Shown: positions 1 to 9,693 of the stretch, piece by piece | How positions within the stretch are numbered: position 1 is the first letter of the stretch | Layout: the number at the start of each line of letters is the position of its first letter | Source of the DNA: Candidatus Bathyarchaeia archaeon | Lineage (GTDB): Archaea > Thermoproteota > Bathyarchaeia > Bathyarchaeales > Bathycorpusculaceae | Direction of reading: 5' to 3' | Assembly: GCA_038883655.1 (NCBI GenBank) | Contig: JAVZLQ010000002.1 | Coordinates: 238,396-302,395 of the forward strand | Length of the DNA stretch: 64,000 nucleotides | Program-made: the position numbers and the translations under genes | Notes under the pieces: model-generated | Databases searched by the model: none | What the model saw: only the letters and a program-made list of their open reading frames with translations | Told to the model about the DNA's origin: nothing

Positions 1-114
1 TAAGCCGTTTTGAATTAGAAACTTCTCAAGGCTATTGGCTAAGCTGAAATAGGTTTTCCGAGTGTTCTCGCTTTTTCCCATGCAGAATTTTTGTGCAGAT
101 TCCAATATGCTCAT
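1..114 (-). CDS. N-terminus of probable tyrosine recombinase/integrase (partial, runs off left edge)
   Basis: Manual translation MSILESAQKFCMGKSENTRKTYFSLANSLEKFLIQNGL with GGTGA RBS; SxNTRxxY..FL pattern of integrase core-binding domains, similar to N-terminus of 61894..62820. Confidence 0.5.
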   Translation of the reverse strand, partial: MSILESAQKFCMGKSENTRKTYFSLANSLEKFLIQNGL

Positions 115-185
115 ATGCTCACCTAATAATGTCTAATGAATCTAACAAAAGTGAAGCGGAAAGGCTAGAGCGGGTAAGCATAAAG

Positions 186-359
186 TCACCGCCTCGCAAT
201 TACAATTATAATTAATAACGCTATGAGGACAAGCGATAAGAAGCCTAGAACAAACGTTGAAGCGAAGCTGGAGTTTAACAGGTAAAGTGCAGGAATCAAA
301 CCGCACAAGCACAACGCAAAAAGAATCAAACTTAAGAGGCCCTTTTCGCTATCGGACAT
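186..359 (-). CDS. small two-TM membrane protein
   Basis: ORF track 186..392; ATG at 359 (MSDSEK) more likely; two hydrophobic stretches. Confidence 0.55.
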   Translation of the reverse strand: MSDSEKGLLSLILFALCLCGLIPALYLLNSSFASTFVLGFLSLVLIALLIIIVIARR

Positions 360-507
360 AATCAACCCTCTTCTTACGAATATGCTCCTCAAACTCTTTT
401 TCTCGCCTAAGCTCTTCCAAATCAGCCTTCAACAATTTTAGAATGAGGAGTTCGCGTTCTTTTTCAATTTCGTTAAGTTTAACCCTCTTTCTTCTCTTTT
501 TACTCAT
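349..507 (-). CDS. small basic coiled-coil hypothetical protein (52 aa)
   Basis: Manual translation MSKKRRKRVKLNEIEKERELLILKLLKADLEELRREKEFEEHIRKKRVDYVR; GAGGT RBS; overlaps start of next gene. Confidence 0.55.
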   Translation of the reverse strand: MSKKRRKRVKLNEIEKERELLILKLLKADLEELRREKEFEEHIRKKRVDYVR

Positions 508-536
508 AGCTTATGAACCTCACAAAAGCGGATAAT

Positions 537-567
537 AAAAAAAGGGGAGTGTGCGGGAGAAATCTCC
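537..567 (+). repeat. 31-bp element-boundary motif, copy 1
   Basis: 26/31 identical to reverse complement of 61119..61149; last 16 bp (TGCGGGAGAAATCTCC) identical. Confidence 0.65.
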
Positions 568-868
568 CTTGATTTTGGATGTGAAATAATTCCATGAGTT
601 TTTATACAAACCCTTTGCTTGGAAAACGTCTGGCACTTTTAAGCATAGCTGAGCAAAATTTTCTTATCAATTGCCGTCCGAGTAACTCTGAGATTTCATC
701 TGTCAATCAATCTAATGCCTTCTCATCATCCGGCAACAAAATTATGAAGCGACAGAAATAAAAATGTTCTCTAAAGCGCCACATGTATTCTGAATATGGA
801 TTTTGAATTCATAAGTTAGTTATATGCTCCATGCCTATTCTTGTGCGTAAAAAGGTGGAGGAAACTCA

Positions 869-1051
869 TTGAAGCAAGACTTAACATCAAAGCAAAGGAA
901 AGATTTGGAAGCTAAGATGGCTAAGGCTCTTAAAGAAAACATTAAGGGACTTTCGGCGGAATTGCAAAAAATATTGTTAGATGACATGGTTACGGCTTTC
1001 CAAAATAGAATAAACGTGTTAATGCGAGTGCAGAGGAAAAGGAGCTACTAA
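869..1051 (+). CDS. small helical hypothetical protein
   Basis: 60 aa ORF, strong GGAGG RBS before TTG. Confidence 0.7.
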   Translation: MKQDLTSKQRKDLEAKMAKALKENIKGLSAELQKILLDDMVTAFQNRINVLMRVQRKRSY

Positions 1052-1134
1052 CGCAGAGTAAATAGGAATAAGACGTAGTTTGAATCCATAAAAGCTTTAT
1101 ATAAAGAGGTTGAAAATATCGCCAAGAGGTTTGG

Positions 1135-1431
1135 ATGATGAGGCGTTCCAAACTCGAGATGTATATAGACATACTTAAAGTGTTAGCCCATCGTGGCCCA
1201 TTAAAACTGACGCATATAATGTATAAGGCTAACGTGAACTGTAGTGTGCTTAAGGAGTACTTGGACTTTTTGATTAAACAAAACCTAATCGAGGAAAGGA
1301 CTGTTGGCAAAAGAAGAGTTGTTTATGCGATAACGCAGAAGGGCATAACGGTGCTCAAATACTTCAGAGAACTCAAGCAGGTGTTGCCAATAGTCGAAGA
1401 AGCCAGAAACAAGGCGCTGGTGCCATATTAA
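1135..1431 (+). CDS. winged helix-turn-helix transcriptional regulator (ArnR1-like)
   Basis: RRSKLEMYIDIL...KLTHIMYKANVN...YAITQKG pattern; TTTATATAAA promoter upstream. Confidence 0.85.
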   Translation: MMRRSKLEMYIDILKVLAHRGPLKLTHIMYKANVNCSVLKEYLDFLIKQNLIEERTVGKRRVVYAITQKGITVLKYFRELKQVLPIVEEARNKALVPY

Positions 1432-1529
1432 ATTCCAAACTTTCTATAACAAAAATCATTTCTAATAATATTTCAAACATCGAAATACATTTTTTATTTC
1501 TCTGAATCTTTTCATTTCTACGATGTGCC

Positions 1530-1649
1530 ATGTTAGAGGAGTTAACGATATTCGCCGCACAGTACACTGCGGCTTTATTCATCTTTATGTTGTTATTCAT
1601 CTTGCTTATGGGCGCCTTTTGTTCAAGAACTGGTTTTTGTTGTAAGTAG
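1530..1649 (+). CDS. putative small single-TM protein with Cys-rich tail (39 aa)
   Basis: Manual translation MLEELTIFAAQYTAALFIFMLLFILLMGAFCSRTGFCCK; no strong RBS. Confidence 0.3.
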   Translation: MLEELTIFAAQYTAALFIFMLLFILLMGAFCSRTGFCCK

Positions 1650-1656
1650 TTTGTGT

Positions 1657-1699
1657 GTGTTTCGTGAATAAAGATGAGTGTTTCGTAAGACTTAATAAA
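1657..1699 (+). promoter_or_regulatory. direct repeats GTGTTTCGT (21-bp period) upstream of TATA-like box
   Basis: GTGTTTCGT at 1657-1665 and 1678-1686, followed by CTTAATAAA. Confidence 0.45.
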
Positions 1700-1752
1700 G
1701 TCTCTGAGCTTCTACCATACTGTACAAGTGTAATACACAATGGGGAAAAGAA

Positions 1753-2127
1753 GTGGCAAAAGAGGAAGCATTAGGCAAAAAGCCTCTACAGATTCTTGAA
1801 AAAATTAAGGAAAACCTTGAAAAGCTAAATGAGAAAATGGAAATAATAATCGAACTGCAGAAGCGTGAAAGAAAAGAGTTTCAACCTTTGCCCGAAGCGC
1901 CGTTGGATGTTATGACGTTGCTTTCAATGCCGGATCACCTTAGGAAGACGGCGATGACTGTTTGTAGGCTTGGAAGAGCTACTGCAGATGAGATAGCCCA
2001 GCAGACCCGAAGGGCTAGGGCTGTTGAAAGCGCGTATTTGAATCAGCTTGTTATTATGGGGTATTTGAAGAAGGAGCGTAAGGGACGTAAAGCCTACTTT
2101 TACATTGACAGGGAAGGGCAAGGGTGA
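1753..2127 (+). CDS. coiled-coil plus winged-HTH DNA-binding protein
   Basis: ATADEIAQQTRRARAVESAYLNQLVIMGYL..RKGRKAYF wHTH; overlaps next gene. Confidence 0.8.
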   Translation: MAKEEALGKKPLQILEKIKENLEKLNEKMEIIIELQKRERKEFQPLPEAPLDVMTLLSMPDHLRKTAMTVCRLGRATADEIAQQTRRARAVESAYLNQLVIMGYLKKERKGRKAYFYIDREGQG

Positions 2128-2909
2128 TTTGTATGGGCAAGGTAATTGCTATTCACTCCTACAAGGGTGGAACTGGAAAGACAATAATATCAATAAACTT
2201 GGCGGCAACACTTGCCAGACGCGGCAAAAAGGTTTGCCTTCTAGACCTCGACTTTCGAGCCCCGAGCATTGTAACGCTTCTTAAAGTTGAGAATGTTAAT
2301 TATTGGATGAACGATTACTTGAATGGCACTTGTGAAATTGACAAGGTTTTGGTGGATTTGAGCGACAGAATCAAAAATAATGGTAAGTTTTTCGTTGGTT
2401 TTGCCAACCCTGCAACAGAAGCAATTAGGGACATGACCGCGAAGGACAGGAAGTGGGAGATGCGCGCTTTAGGAAGACTCTTGTCTCTCAGAAACTCGCT
2501 TTTAAATGATAGGGGATTTGACTACATAATTTTTGATACCAGCCCAGGATTACAGTATTCCTCAATAAACGCGATTGTAAGCGCTGATGTTATTATTGTA
2601 GCAACAACATTTGATAGGTCTGATGTTGATGGTACAAAGCGTATGCTCAAGGAACTTTACGAGTTGTTTGAAAAGAAAACTGAAATTGTCCTTAACAAAG
2701 TTTTGAATGACATCGCGTTAAAGGGTGGAAAAGAGCTCCAATCCAGAATTAAGGATGTTTATCAAGCACCACTTTTGGGCGTAATTCCATGTTTCTGCGA
2801 TATATTGAAGGGTGAAGGACACGTGATATTTGTCCAAGAGAAAACTGAGCACCCATTTACAAGGATTCTGGAAGGTATAGCGGACAAAATTGATGGTGTT
2901 TTGATTTAG
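2124..2909 (+). CDS. MinD/ParA family ATPase
   Basis: Deviant Walker A KGGTGKT, LLDLD, IIFDTSPG, IVLNK. Confidence 0.9.
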   Translation: MICMGKVIAIHSYKGGTGKTIISINLAATLARRGKKVCLLDLDFRAPSIVTLLKVENVNYWMNDYLNGTCEIDKVLVDLSDRIKNNGKFFVGFANPATEAIRDMTAKDRKWEMRALGRLLSLRNSLLNDRGFDYIIFDTSPGLQYSSINAIVSADVIIVATTFDRSDVDGTKRMLKELYELFEKKTEIVLNKVLNDIALKGGKELQSRIKDVYQAPLLGVIPCFCDILKGEGHVIFVQEKTEHPFTRILEGIADKIDGVLI

Positions 2910-3171
2910 CTGCCACCGTTTGCTATTTTGTTTATCAACTGATGTATTTTGCAGTTTCTGCATCTCTCATAGTCTTTTTCATCACATTGCTTGCAAATTA
3001 TTCTGTTGAGTTCCTTAATTTCCGAGTTCATTGATGTTTACCCTCTTCATGTTGACTTTGCCTTGGTTGGGTAATATGGGCTATTCCGCATTAGTAATAT
3101 TTCATACACGGACTTGTGCGATAATCTTATATTACTTGTCCGTAAACGTTTCACTTTGTGTGGTGCAAGAT

Positions 3172-3513
3172 TTGAACAAAAATGTTGCCTTAACATCCCT
3201 TGCATGGGGATTGTTTTTCGTCATGATTGGCGTCAGCTTAGCCATGACCGGTTATGGAATAACTTTTGAAGTTATGTTGCCTTACATCGCTGTTGGGACG
3301 GGTATAATTCTAATCGGATTAAGCGTTGCCAGAACTGGGCTGGGAATGGAACTAAACAAGTTCAGCTTGTTCATAGGCGTATTAGCCTTTATCCTTGGCG
3401 GTTTGGCTGCGACGGGCTACCTGCAAACGTTGCCATGGTATGCCATCGTAATAATACTTATGGGCTTGTTTATAATTGCGGAAGCCGTTCGCGCCCTAAC
3501 AAAGTCAAAATGA
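3172..3513 (+). CDS. four-TM membrane protein
   Basis: ORF track 3031..3513; TTG at 3172 with GGTG RBS; hydrophobic helices. Confidence 0.7.
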   Translation: MNKNVALTSLAWGLFFVMIGVSLAMTGYGITFEVMLPYIAVGTGIILIGLSVARTGLGMELNKFSLFIGVLAFILGGLAATGYLQTLPWYAIVIILMGLFIIAEAVRALTKSK

Positions 3514-3533
3514 AAATTGGAGACTAACTGTTA

Positions 3534-4163
3534 TTGGATAGGTCGGCAATAGTCCTCGCTGGAGGAGTTTCCAGCAGATTCGGAAAGGATAAGGGGTTAA
3601 TGCCGCTGGCAAATAGACCCCTCATAAGGTATGTTTTAGATGCTGTAGAAGGGGTTGTCGAGGAAGAGATTGTTGTTGTCAGCTCAAAAATTCAACTTGA
3701 AAACTACATAAAAGTGCTCGGTTCTGATGTTAGGCTGGTGATTGATGAAGGACAGATGCGTACTCCACTTCTTGGGGCATTAACTGGCTTAAAAATGGCA
3801 TGCGGCGAATATGCCATACTGCTTCCATGCGACACACCATTCATAACAAAAGAAATAGTTTCACTGCTCTTTGAGCTTTGTATAAACAAAAATGCAGCCA
3901 TTCCACGTTGGCCGAACGGTTACATAGAACCACTGCAAGCAGTTTATCGTGTCAAACCAGCTTTTGATGCTGCTGAAAGGGCTTTGGTTGCTGGCGGTTT
4001 GAATATGCGGTCAATGATAAATGCTTTGCGTGAAGTCCGTTATGTTTCAACTCTTGTTTTGCAGCAGTTGGATTCAGAGCTTAAGACATTCTTTAATGTG
4101 AATACTCCGTTGGATTTAAAAAGGGCTGAGCTTATGCTTAAACGCGGAAAAGGCAAGTTATAA
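3534..4163 (+). CDS. mobA: molybdenum cofactor guanylyltransferase
   Basis: LAGGxSSRFGKDK, PCDTPF, EPLQAVY, FFNVNTP. Confidence 0.9.
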   Translation: MDRSAIVLAGGVSSRFGKDKGLMPLANRPLIRYVLDAVEGVVEEEIVVVSSKIQLENYIKVLGSDVRLVIDEGQMRTPLLGALTGLKMACGEYAILLPCDTPFITKEIVSLLFELCINKNAAIPRWPNGYIEPLQAVYRVKPAFDAAERALVAGGLNMRSMINALREVRYVSTLVLQQLDSELKTFFNVNTPLDLKRAELMLKRGKGKL

Positions 4164-4165
4164 GG

Positions 4166-5467
4166 TTATTTTTGTCTATTTTTGTTTTTTGCGTAGTTTT
4201 CAGTTTCTTCGAAAAGTTTTTCTATGTCACTTTTTGTGTGGGCTGTGCTGAGCGTGCCGTTATGCGTTGGAAGGAAGAATACTCCATTTGCAATTAACTC
4301 CAAGTTATATTCTAAAAGTTTCTTTCTGTCAGCCATAAAAGCGGCTTTCGCATCCTTAACGTTCTCACTGGTAAAGTGCACGTTGAAAATTGAGCTTGTA
4401 CCCGTAACCTGAGCGTCTACTTCATTCTTTTCGAAGATTTCCTTTAACTCCTCCCTTATCTTGTCTCCAAGCGCGTTTAGCTCCCTTATTAGTTTGCCGT
4501 CCTCCAAAATTTTCAGCGTTGCTAAGCCGGCGGTCATCGTTATCGGGTTTGCTGTGAATGTTCCGCCGTGAAAAGCGTAATTGGGTCTTTCGTAAATTGT
4601 CGTATCAAGCTTCTCCATTATTTCCCTTCTTCCACAAAAGGCGCCTACTGGAAAGCCGCCGCCCAAAATTTTCCCAAAAACAGTGATGTCGGACTTAACG
4701 CCGAAAAATTGTTGAGCGCCTCCTGGAGCCAGCCTAAATCCAGTAATCACTTCGTCGAAGATTAGCAGAATATCTTTTTCATCGCAAATTTCCCTAAGTT
4801 CCTTCAAAAATTCTTTTTTTGCAGGTATGCCGCCTCCGGCGCCCAAAACTGGTTCGATTATTATTGCGGCAACATCCTTTTCGTCCCGTAATTTCTTTCT
4901 TACTCCTTCGCTATCATTGAACGGCAAGAGCATAGTGTCTTGTGTAGCTCCAAGCGTTAATCCTGCTGATTCTGGCATGTCAAATGGGTACTTCACGCCT
5001 ATGTGTAAAGCGTCATATCCGCCGTGCCATCCGCCCTCAAACTTTGCAATTTTGCGCCTCTTTGTGTAGGTTCTTGCTAGGCGAACAGCATACATATTCG
5101 CCTCTGTTCCAGAGTTTGCGAAGCGCACCATGTCCACGTTTGGAACCATTTTTACAATTTGTTCTGCTAATGCTATTTCCAGTTCGTGGCATGTTCCATA
5201 ATGTGTGCCATTTTCAATCTGTTTCTTAACAGCTTCAACTACTGGTTTTGGGCTGTGTCCAAGTATAAGCGCTGTGTGTCCAAGCCAAAAGTCTATGTAC
5301 TCATTTCCATCAACGTCGTAAAGTTTGCTTCCCTTCGCTTTGGCCGAGTAAAATGGATATGGCTCAAAAAACCTTATGCCATATGAAACTCCAGCGGGCA
5401 AAACCTTCTTTGCCCTTTCATACAGCGCCCTTGACTTTGCGGTTTTGGAAACATACCTATTAAACAT
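4166..5467 (-). CDS. hemL: glutamate-1-semialdehyde 2,1-aminomutase-like class III aminotransferase
   Basis: NSGTEA, FEGGWHG, FDEVITGFR, GKILGGGFP, GTF. Confidence 0.8.
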   Translation of the reverse strand: MFNRYVSKTAKSRALYERAKKVLPAGVSYGIRFFEPYPFYSAKAKGSKLYDVDGNEYIDFWLGHTALILGHSPKPVVEAVKKQIENGTHYGTCHELEIALAEQIVKMVPNVDMVRFANSGTEANMYAVRLARTYTKRRKIAKFEGGWHGGYDALHIGVKYPFDMPESAGLTLGATQDTMLLPFNDSEGVRKKLRDEKDVAAIIIEPVLGAGGGIPAKKEFLKELREICDEKDILLIFDEVITGFRLAPGGAQQFFGVKSDITVFGKILGGGFPVGAFCGRREIMEKLDTTIYERPNYAFHGGTFTANPITMTAGLATLKILEDGKLIRELNALGDKIREELKEIFEKNEVDAQVTGTSSIFNVHFTSENVKDAKAAFMADRKKLLEYNLELIANGVFFLPTHNGTLSTAHTKSDIEKLFEETENYAKNKNRQK

Positions 5468-5602
5468 TTTAAAGACCTTTTTGATAAAATCTTGTTTCAG
5501 CGAATTTTCTTATTACTGTTTCCATATTCGCAACAGCAGCTTGTGAACCGAAATGAATTTAAAACCTCACTTTTGTCTAAGAGAATTTGCGGTGATGGAC
5601 GT

Positions 5603-5872
5603 TTGACCCAGCAAACTACTGGAATCATCGTTAACTATCGTGTTGGCCCCAAAAGTCAGAGATCTAAAGAGTGCATAATCCAGTTCAGCCATGTGAAATC
5701 TTTTTCTGAAGCGTGTAGGCTTGTTGGACGGAAGGTTGCATGGAAATGCGGGGAAAACAGGATTGTAGGTAAGGTTGTGGCTTTGCATGGAAAGAAAGGC
5801 TTGGTTAGGGCTAGGTTCAGAAGAGGTTTGCCGGGTCAAGCTTTGGGGACAACAGTTGAACTTGTCGGCTAG
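5603..5872 (+). CDS. rpl35ae: 50S ribosomal protein L35Ae
   Basis: NYRVGPKSQ...GKVVALHGKKGLVRARFRRGLPGQALG; TTG at 5603 after GGTGA. Confidence 0.9.
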   Translation: MTQQTTGIIVNYRVGPKSQRSKECIIQFSHVKSFSEACRLVGRKVAWKCGENRIVGKVVALHGKKGLVRARFRRGLPGQALGTTVELVG

Positions 5873-6552
5873 GGTTTTGTGAAATGCCTTAAAGAGTCAG
5901 CGTATGCTGGCAATTGGCTTAGGAAATCTTGAAGTTGCAGGATTGGGACGATTGGCACGTTATCGTAGAACTTGAACTTTCCGGCAACAAGTGATATAAC
6001 TGCTGGCACTAAGCACACACTATCCCACATAGCGCACTCAACCTTATCCGCAAGGGTTGGCAGAACTTCAGCGAAAGCCCATGTTCTCTGCGTTTGCTCC
6101 TCAACAATCTCTTTTAAAGCCGAAGGCAAGATTGCACGGTGCCAATGCTTACAGTCGATGCATAGGGCTATTGGTTTTCTACATCCAACAACATCCATTT
6201 CCCATTTCCGCCCAGCATAACTAAAATGGATATTCTTCGCTACGCTGTAGCCGTTTCTCTCCAAAGCTGTTGCAGCAATATCTTCAAACTCTTGCCACCG
6301 CAGAAAGGCGCTTACGGTTTCGATGTCTGCGCCTATACTTAGGGCTTTAACAGCCAGGTTTAAGCGTTGTATCCCGTCAGCTTTAACAAGAAAACCGTTA
6401 ACATAAATTAGTCCATCGTTTTGCAATTTTAACAGCAACTTTCTACAATTTTGCAGTGGAATATTAGCTTCTTTATTTACTAGTTTATGTGAAACTGGTC
6501 CATTTTTGGTTAGTTTTAGAATTGTAATAATCAAGTTTCTTTGAACATTCAC
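5869..6552 (-). CDS. wHTH plus Mrr-like PD-(D/E)xK nuclease
   Basis: WQEFE...EMDVVG...IDCKHW. Confidence 0.75.
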   Translation of the reverse strand: MNVQRNLIITILKLTKNGPVSHKLVNKEANIPLQNCRKLLLKLQNDGLIYVNGFLVKADGIQRLNLAVKALSIGADIETVSAFLRWQEFEDIAATALERNGYSVAKNIHFSYAGRKWEMDVVGCRKPIALCIDCKHWHRAILPSALKEIVEEQTQRTWAFAEVLPTLADKVECAMWDSVCLVPAVISLVAGKFKFYDNVPIVPILQLQDFLSQLPAYADSLRHFTKP

Positions 6553-6623
6553 TTTTTAATCTCCTAAATTATACATTAGAATGCTTAAAAATTAGCCTTT
6601 TAGAGTTTTATTTAAAAGCCTTT

Positions 6624-8483
6624 CTATTGGGCTATGATTTCAAGGACTGGTTTTCTTGCAAACCTTACAGCTGGATATAGGCTTACAGCAAATATTGTCA
6701 CTAAAGCCATGAACAATATTCCAGCAATCTCCATTATGGTATAGCTTGTTACAAGGGGTTCTGGAACCAAGATAAGCAGCGTAGCCATCACCCCAAACGC
6801 TATTCCAACGATGCAGCTTGAAAGCAAAATTGTGATGCTTTGCCAAGAAACAACTTTTACGACGGCTTTAGGCTTGGCGCCAACAGCCCTTAAAACGCCA
6901 AATTCTTGACGTTGCTCAGTTATAGCTAACATCACATAGCCCGCTAGGCAAAGCGAAGCAGAAAGTAGCGAGAAAAGCGGTAAAAGCATAATCGCAGACC
7001 AAATATAATTTAGAAAACCGAGACTTTTGTCTAAAAATTCGTCAAGTTCGAAGACCTCAAAGTAATCTGGAATAAGATAGTAAATTGTGCCGATAATTTC
7101 TTCGCGATTGACCTCTGAAACCCTAATCAAGGCAAGATTGACGCCCGATATGCCAGTTATGTTCTGTAATGTCTTTAAGTGCACATATGTAACATTCCCA
7201 TTGTTTATTGGGTCGACGCAAACGCCAGTGACAGCGAAACTTTTGTCGAACATTGTTATACTTTGGTTCAATGGAATGCTGAAGATTTTATGGGCTAGAG
7301 AGTCGCCCACTAAAGCTTTATCGAACTCGTTCTCACCAAACAACTTGCCTTCTAGAAACCAGTTACATAAAACGTTTCTAGGCTTAATTCCAACAACGAG
7401 AGACTCGCCTCTTCGGCTATCACCAATAGAATATACCATATTGGTCTCAGGGTCGATAATATGCCCAGGGTTTTCCTGTACACGTGTTTCTATTATTAGG
7501 CGTTCGTCAACGTTGTTCTCTCCCAAAATGGCGTTTAATTGGCTTAAGAGGAATTCTGGAATTAAATATTCTTCCTTTGTGTAGTTGAATTGTTCTTGAG
7601 CCTTTGTCTCGTAAAACTTTGACAATAACCACTCGTATCTTTCACGGATTTCTTGATGAGCTATGCCTATCAGGTTTTTGCCAGCAGCCTTTTCAACCCA
7701 GCTTTTGGTGGTTTGGCTGGCTATGATTCCGCCCGCAACGGAGATTGTCAACAAAGTGAAGACCGTTGCTAGACAAATGATTATGCGGAATGTCGCGGAT
7801 TTTCGGCGGGAGAGGCTTCTTAAGGCAAATTTGAACATTAAATTTCGTTTCGATGAACCTTTGAATTCCCTTTCCTTGCTTAATCCAAGGCTGTACACCA
7901 GCGAAATAGCCTTTGCTGGCTCAATTTTGGCTGTGTCCAAGATTGGTTTTATGCCAAAAATTAATGCGAAGACAAAGTACATGATGAATACTGGGATGAT
8001 GAGCCAAAAATTTGCTGCTTTCTGCAGAACTTGGAAGCCAATTTGGCTCAAAAGCGCACTTGAAGCAAAATCCACCGCTACTCCAAGTATTACGCCAGAA
8101 ATGCATCCTAAAAAATCTATTATTAGGAGTTCTGTTGCGAAATAGCCGAATATTAGGCTGTTTGGGCATCCTGCTGCCTTCATGAGTCCAATATCCCTTA
8201 TTCTTTGGGCTAAGGCCATAAAAGATGTAAAGGATATTATTAATGCACCAACAGCGAAAATTAGGATTCCGACGAATATTATGAAACGTGAAAGTGCAAC
8301 TGAAAACCCCACGGTAAGCCTATCCTCAACTAAAATTGTTCCAAAACCAAAGCCAAGCTTCTCGCTAAAGAACAGAAGGAGAAGGGTTGACGCCACACAC
8401 AACATCAAACTTATGATAGTCAGACTCGTCGGAAGTTTTCGCCGCAGCAAATCATTTACTGGAAAAGCTGTTTCACTCATCAA
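6624..8483 (-). CDS. FtsX-like ABC transporter permease with two permease repeats
   Basis: RIRDIGLMKAAG and QRQEFGVLRAVGA motifs. Confidence 0.85.
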   Translation of the reverse strand: MMSETAFPVNDLLRRKLPTSLTIISLMLCVASTLLLLFFSEKLGFGFGTILVEDRLTVGFSVALSRFIIFVGILIFAVGALIISFTSFMALAQRIRDIGLMKAAGCPNSLIFGYFATELLIIDFLGCISGVILGVAVDFASSALLSQIGFQVLQKAANFWLIIPVFIMYFVFALIFGIKPILDTAKIEPAKAISLVYSLGLSKEREFKGSSKRNLMFKFALRSLSRRKSATFRIIICLATVFTLLTISVAGGIIASQTTKSWVEKAAGKNLIGIAHQEIRERYEWLLSKFYETKAQEQFNYTKEEYLIPEFLLSQLNAILGENNVDERLIIETRVQENPGHIIDPETNMVYSIGDSRRGESLVVGIKPRNVLCNWFLEGKLFGENEFDKALVGDSLAHKIFSIPLNQSITMFDKSFAVTGVCVDPINNGNVTYVHLKTLQNITGISGVNLALIRVSEVNREEIIGTIYYLIPDYFEVFELDEFLDKSLGFLNYIWSAIMLLPLFSLLSASLCLAGYVMLAITEQRQEFGVLRAVGAKPKAVVKVVSWQSITILLSSCIVGIAFGVMATLLILVPEPLVTSYTIMEIAGILFMALVTIFAVSLYPAVRFARKPVLEIIAQ

Positions 8484-9159
8484 CTTTTACCAGCTTGCCA
8501 TCTTCCAAATTCAATCTTTGGTCTGCCAACGCTGATATTTGCGTGTCATGCGTGACAACAATAAGCGTCTTCTCATAGTTCTTGAGCTGTTGAAGAATTT
8601 CAATAATCTTCAAACTCGTTTTTATGTCTAAATTTCCAGTAGGCTCGTCAACTAGCAAGAGTGGCGGGTCGTTTGCCAATGCGCGGGCAAAAGCTACACG
8701 TTGTTGTTCTCCACCGCTCAATTGAAAGGGGAAATGTTCCGCTCTGTGCTGCAAGCCAAAAGTTTCGAGTAACTCTTTCACACGCCTTTCTATCTCATCT
8801 CCCGACGTTCGAGTCCACTCCATTGGAAAGGCTATGTTTTCGGCTACAGTTAATGTGGAGACAAGGTTGTATGATTGGAAAACGAAGCCTATCTTGTGGC
8901 ATCGAAAGTCCGCCAAGGCATCCTCGTCCTTTTCGCCTAGATTCTGCCCAAAAACAAATATTTTTCCTCTTGTAGGTTTGTCGATGCCGCCTATGATGTT
9001 TAGAAGTGTTGTTTTTCCAGAGCCGGATGGTCCATTAATGACCGTGAATTCGCCCTTTTCAACCTTGAGGTCAACGTCTTTTAGCACTTCAACTTTCATG
9101 TCGCCTATTTCGTAAACCTTGCACAAGCCAGAAGCAAAGACAATCGCCTTATCCTTCAA
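8473..9159 (-). CDS. ABC transporter ATP-binding protein (LolD-like)
   Basis: [24 protein letters not shown]. Confidence 0.95.
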   Translation of the reverse strand: MKDKAIVFASGLCKVYEIGDMKVEVLKDVDLKVEKGEFTVINGPSGSGKTTLLNIIGGIDKPTRGKIFVFGQNLGEKDEDALADFRCHKIGFVFQSYNLVSTLTVAENIAFPMEWTRTSGDEIERRVKELLETFGLQHRAEHFPFQLSGGEQQRVAFARALANDPPLLLVDEPTGNLDIKTSLKIIEILQQLKNYEKTLIVVTHDTQISALADQRLNLEDGKLVKVDE

Positions 9160-9164
9160 GGCTT

Positions 9165-9599
9165 TTAGCTTCCCTTTTCTAAGTTGAAGTTTCCCCTATC
9201 TCTCTTTAAAATTCTGACTTTCTCTGGGATTTTTCCTTTCTCCCAATCTTTCCAGTCAACTTTCCTAAAAACCCACTTCTTGCCTAGGTGGGCAGCGAGA
9301 ACAGCATGCTTAAATTCGTTTTCCAGAGGAACAAGCTCGCTTAAAAATCTGAACAACTTTTCTATTTGCTGTTTTGGGAAGTAAGCGTAATAACCAGCAT
9401 TTTTAACCTCAAAGGCGTAGACATGAGCGTCTTTTCTTGCAATTATGTCTGGAAGGGGGCTTAGGCTTGGGTTGCTCACTGGAATACGCACGGCATTGTA
9501 GCCATTCTTCATTAAAAGTTTCACCAAAACGTTCTCGCTGTAAAAGCCCCTCTTTCGCCACCTGCGAAGCTCCGCCTTATCGACGCTTCTCATATTCAC
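9165..9599 (-). CDS. hjc: Holliday junction resolvase (Hjc/Hje family)
   Basis: RG..E..L...G...RIPVS....PDIIA....FEVK. Confidence 0.75.
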   Translation of the reverse strand: MNMRSVDKAELRRWRKRGFYSENVLVKLLMKNGYNAVRIPVSNPSLSPLPDIIARKDAHVYAFEVKNAGYYAYFPKQQIEKLFRFLSELVPLENEFKHAVLAAHLGKKWVFRKVDWKDWEKGKIPEKVRILKRDRGNFNLEKGS

Positions 9600-9670
9600 G
9601 CCTCTTGCCCTAACGCGTCTATAAAGCTGATTAATGTTCAGGACATAAAAAACTATTGAAAAATGTGCAT

Positions 9671-9693
9671 TTTCGTCGATGCTTTTGTATACG
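9671..9693. repeat. 23-bp inverted repeat, left copy
   Basis: TTTCGTCGATGCTTTTGTATACG is the exact reverse complement of 12814..12836; preceded by GCAT. Confidence 0.9.
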
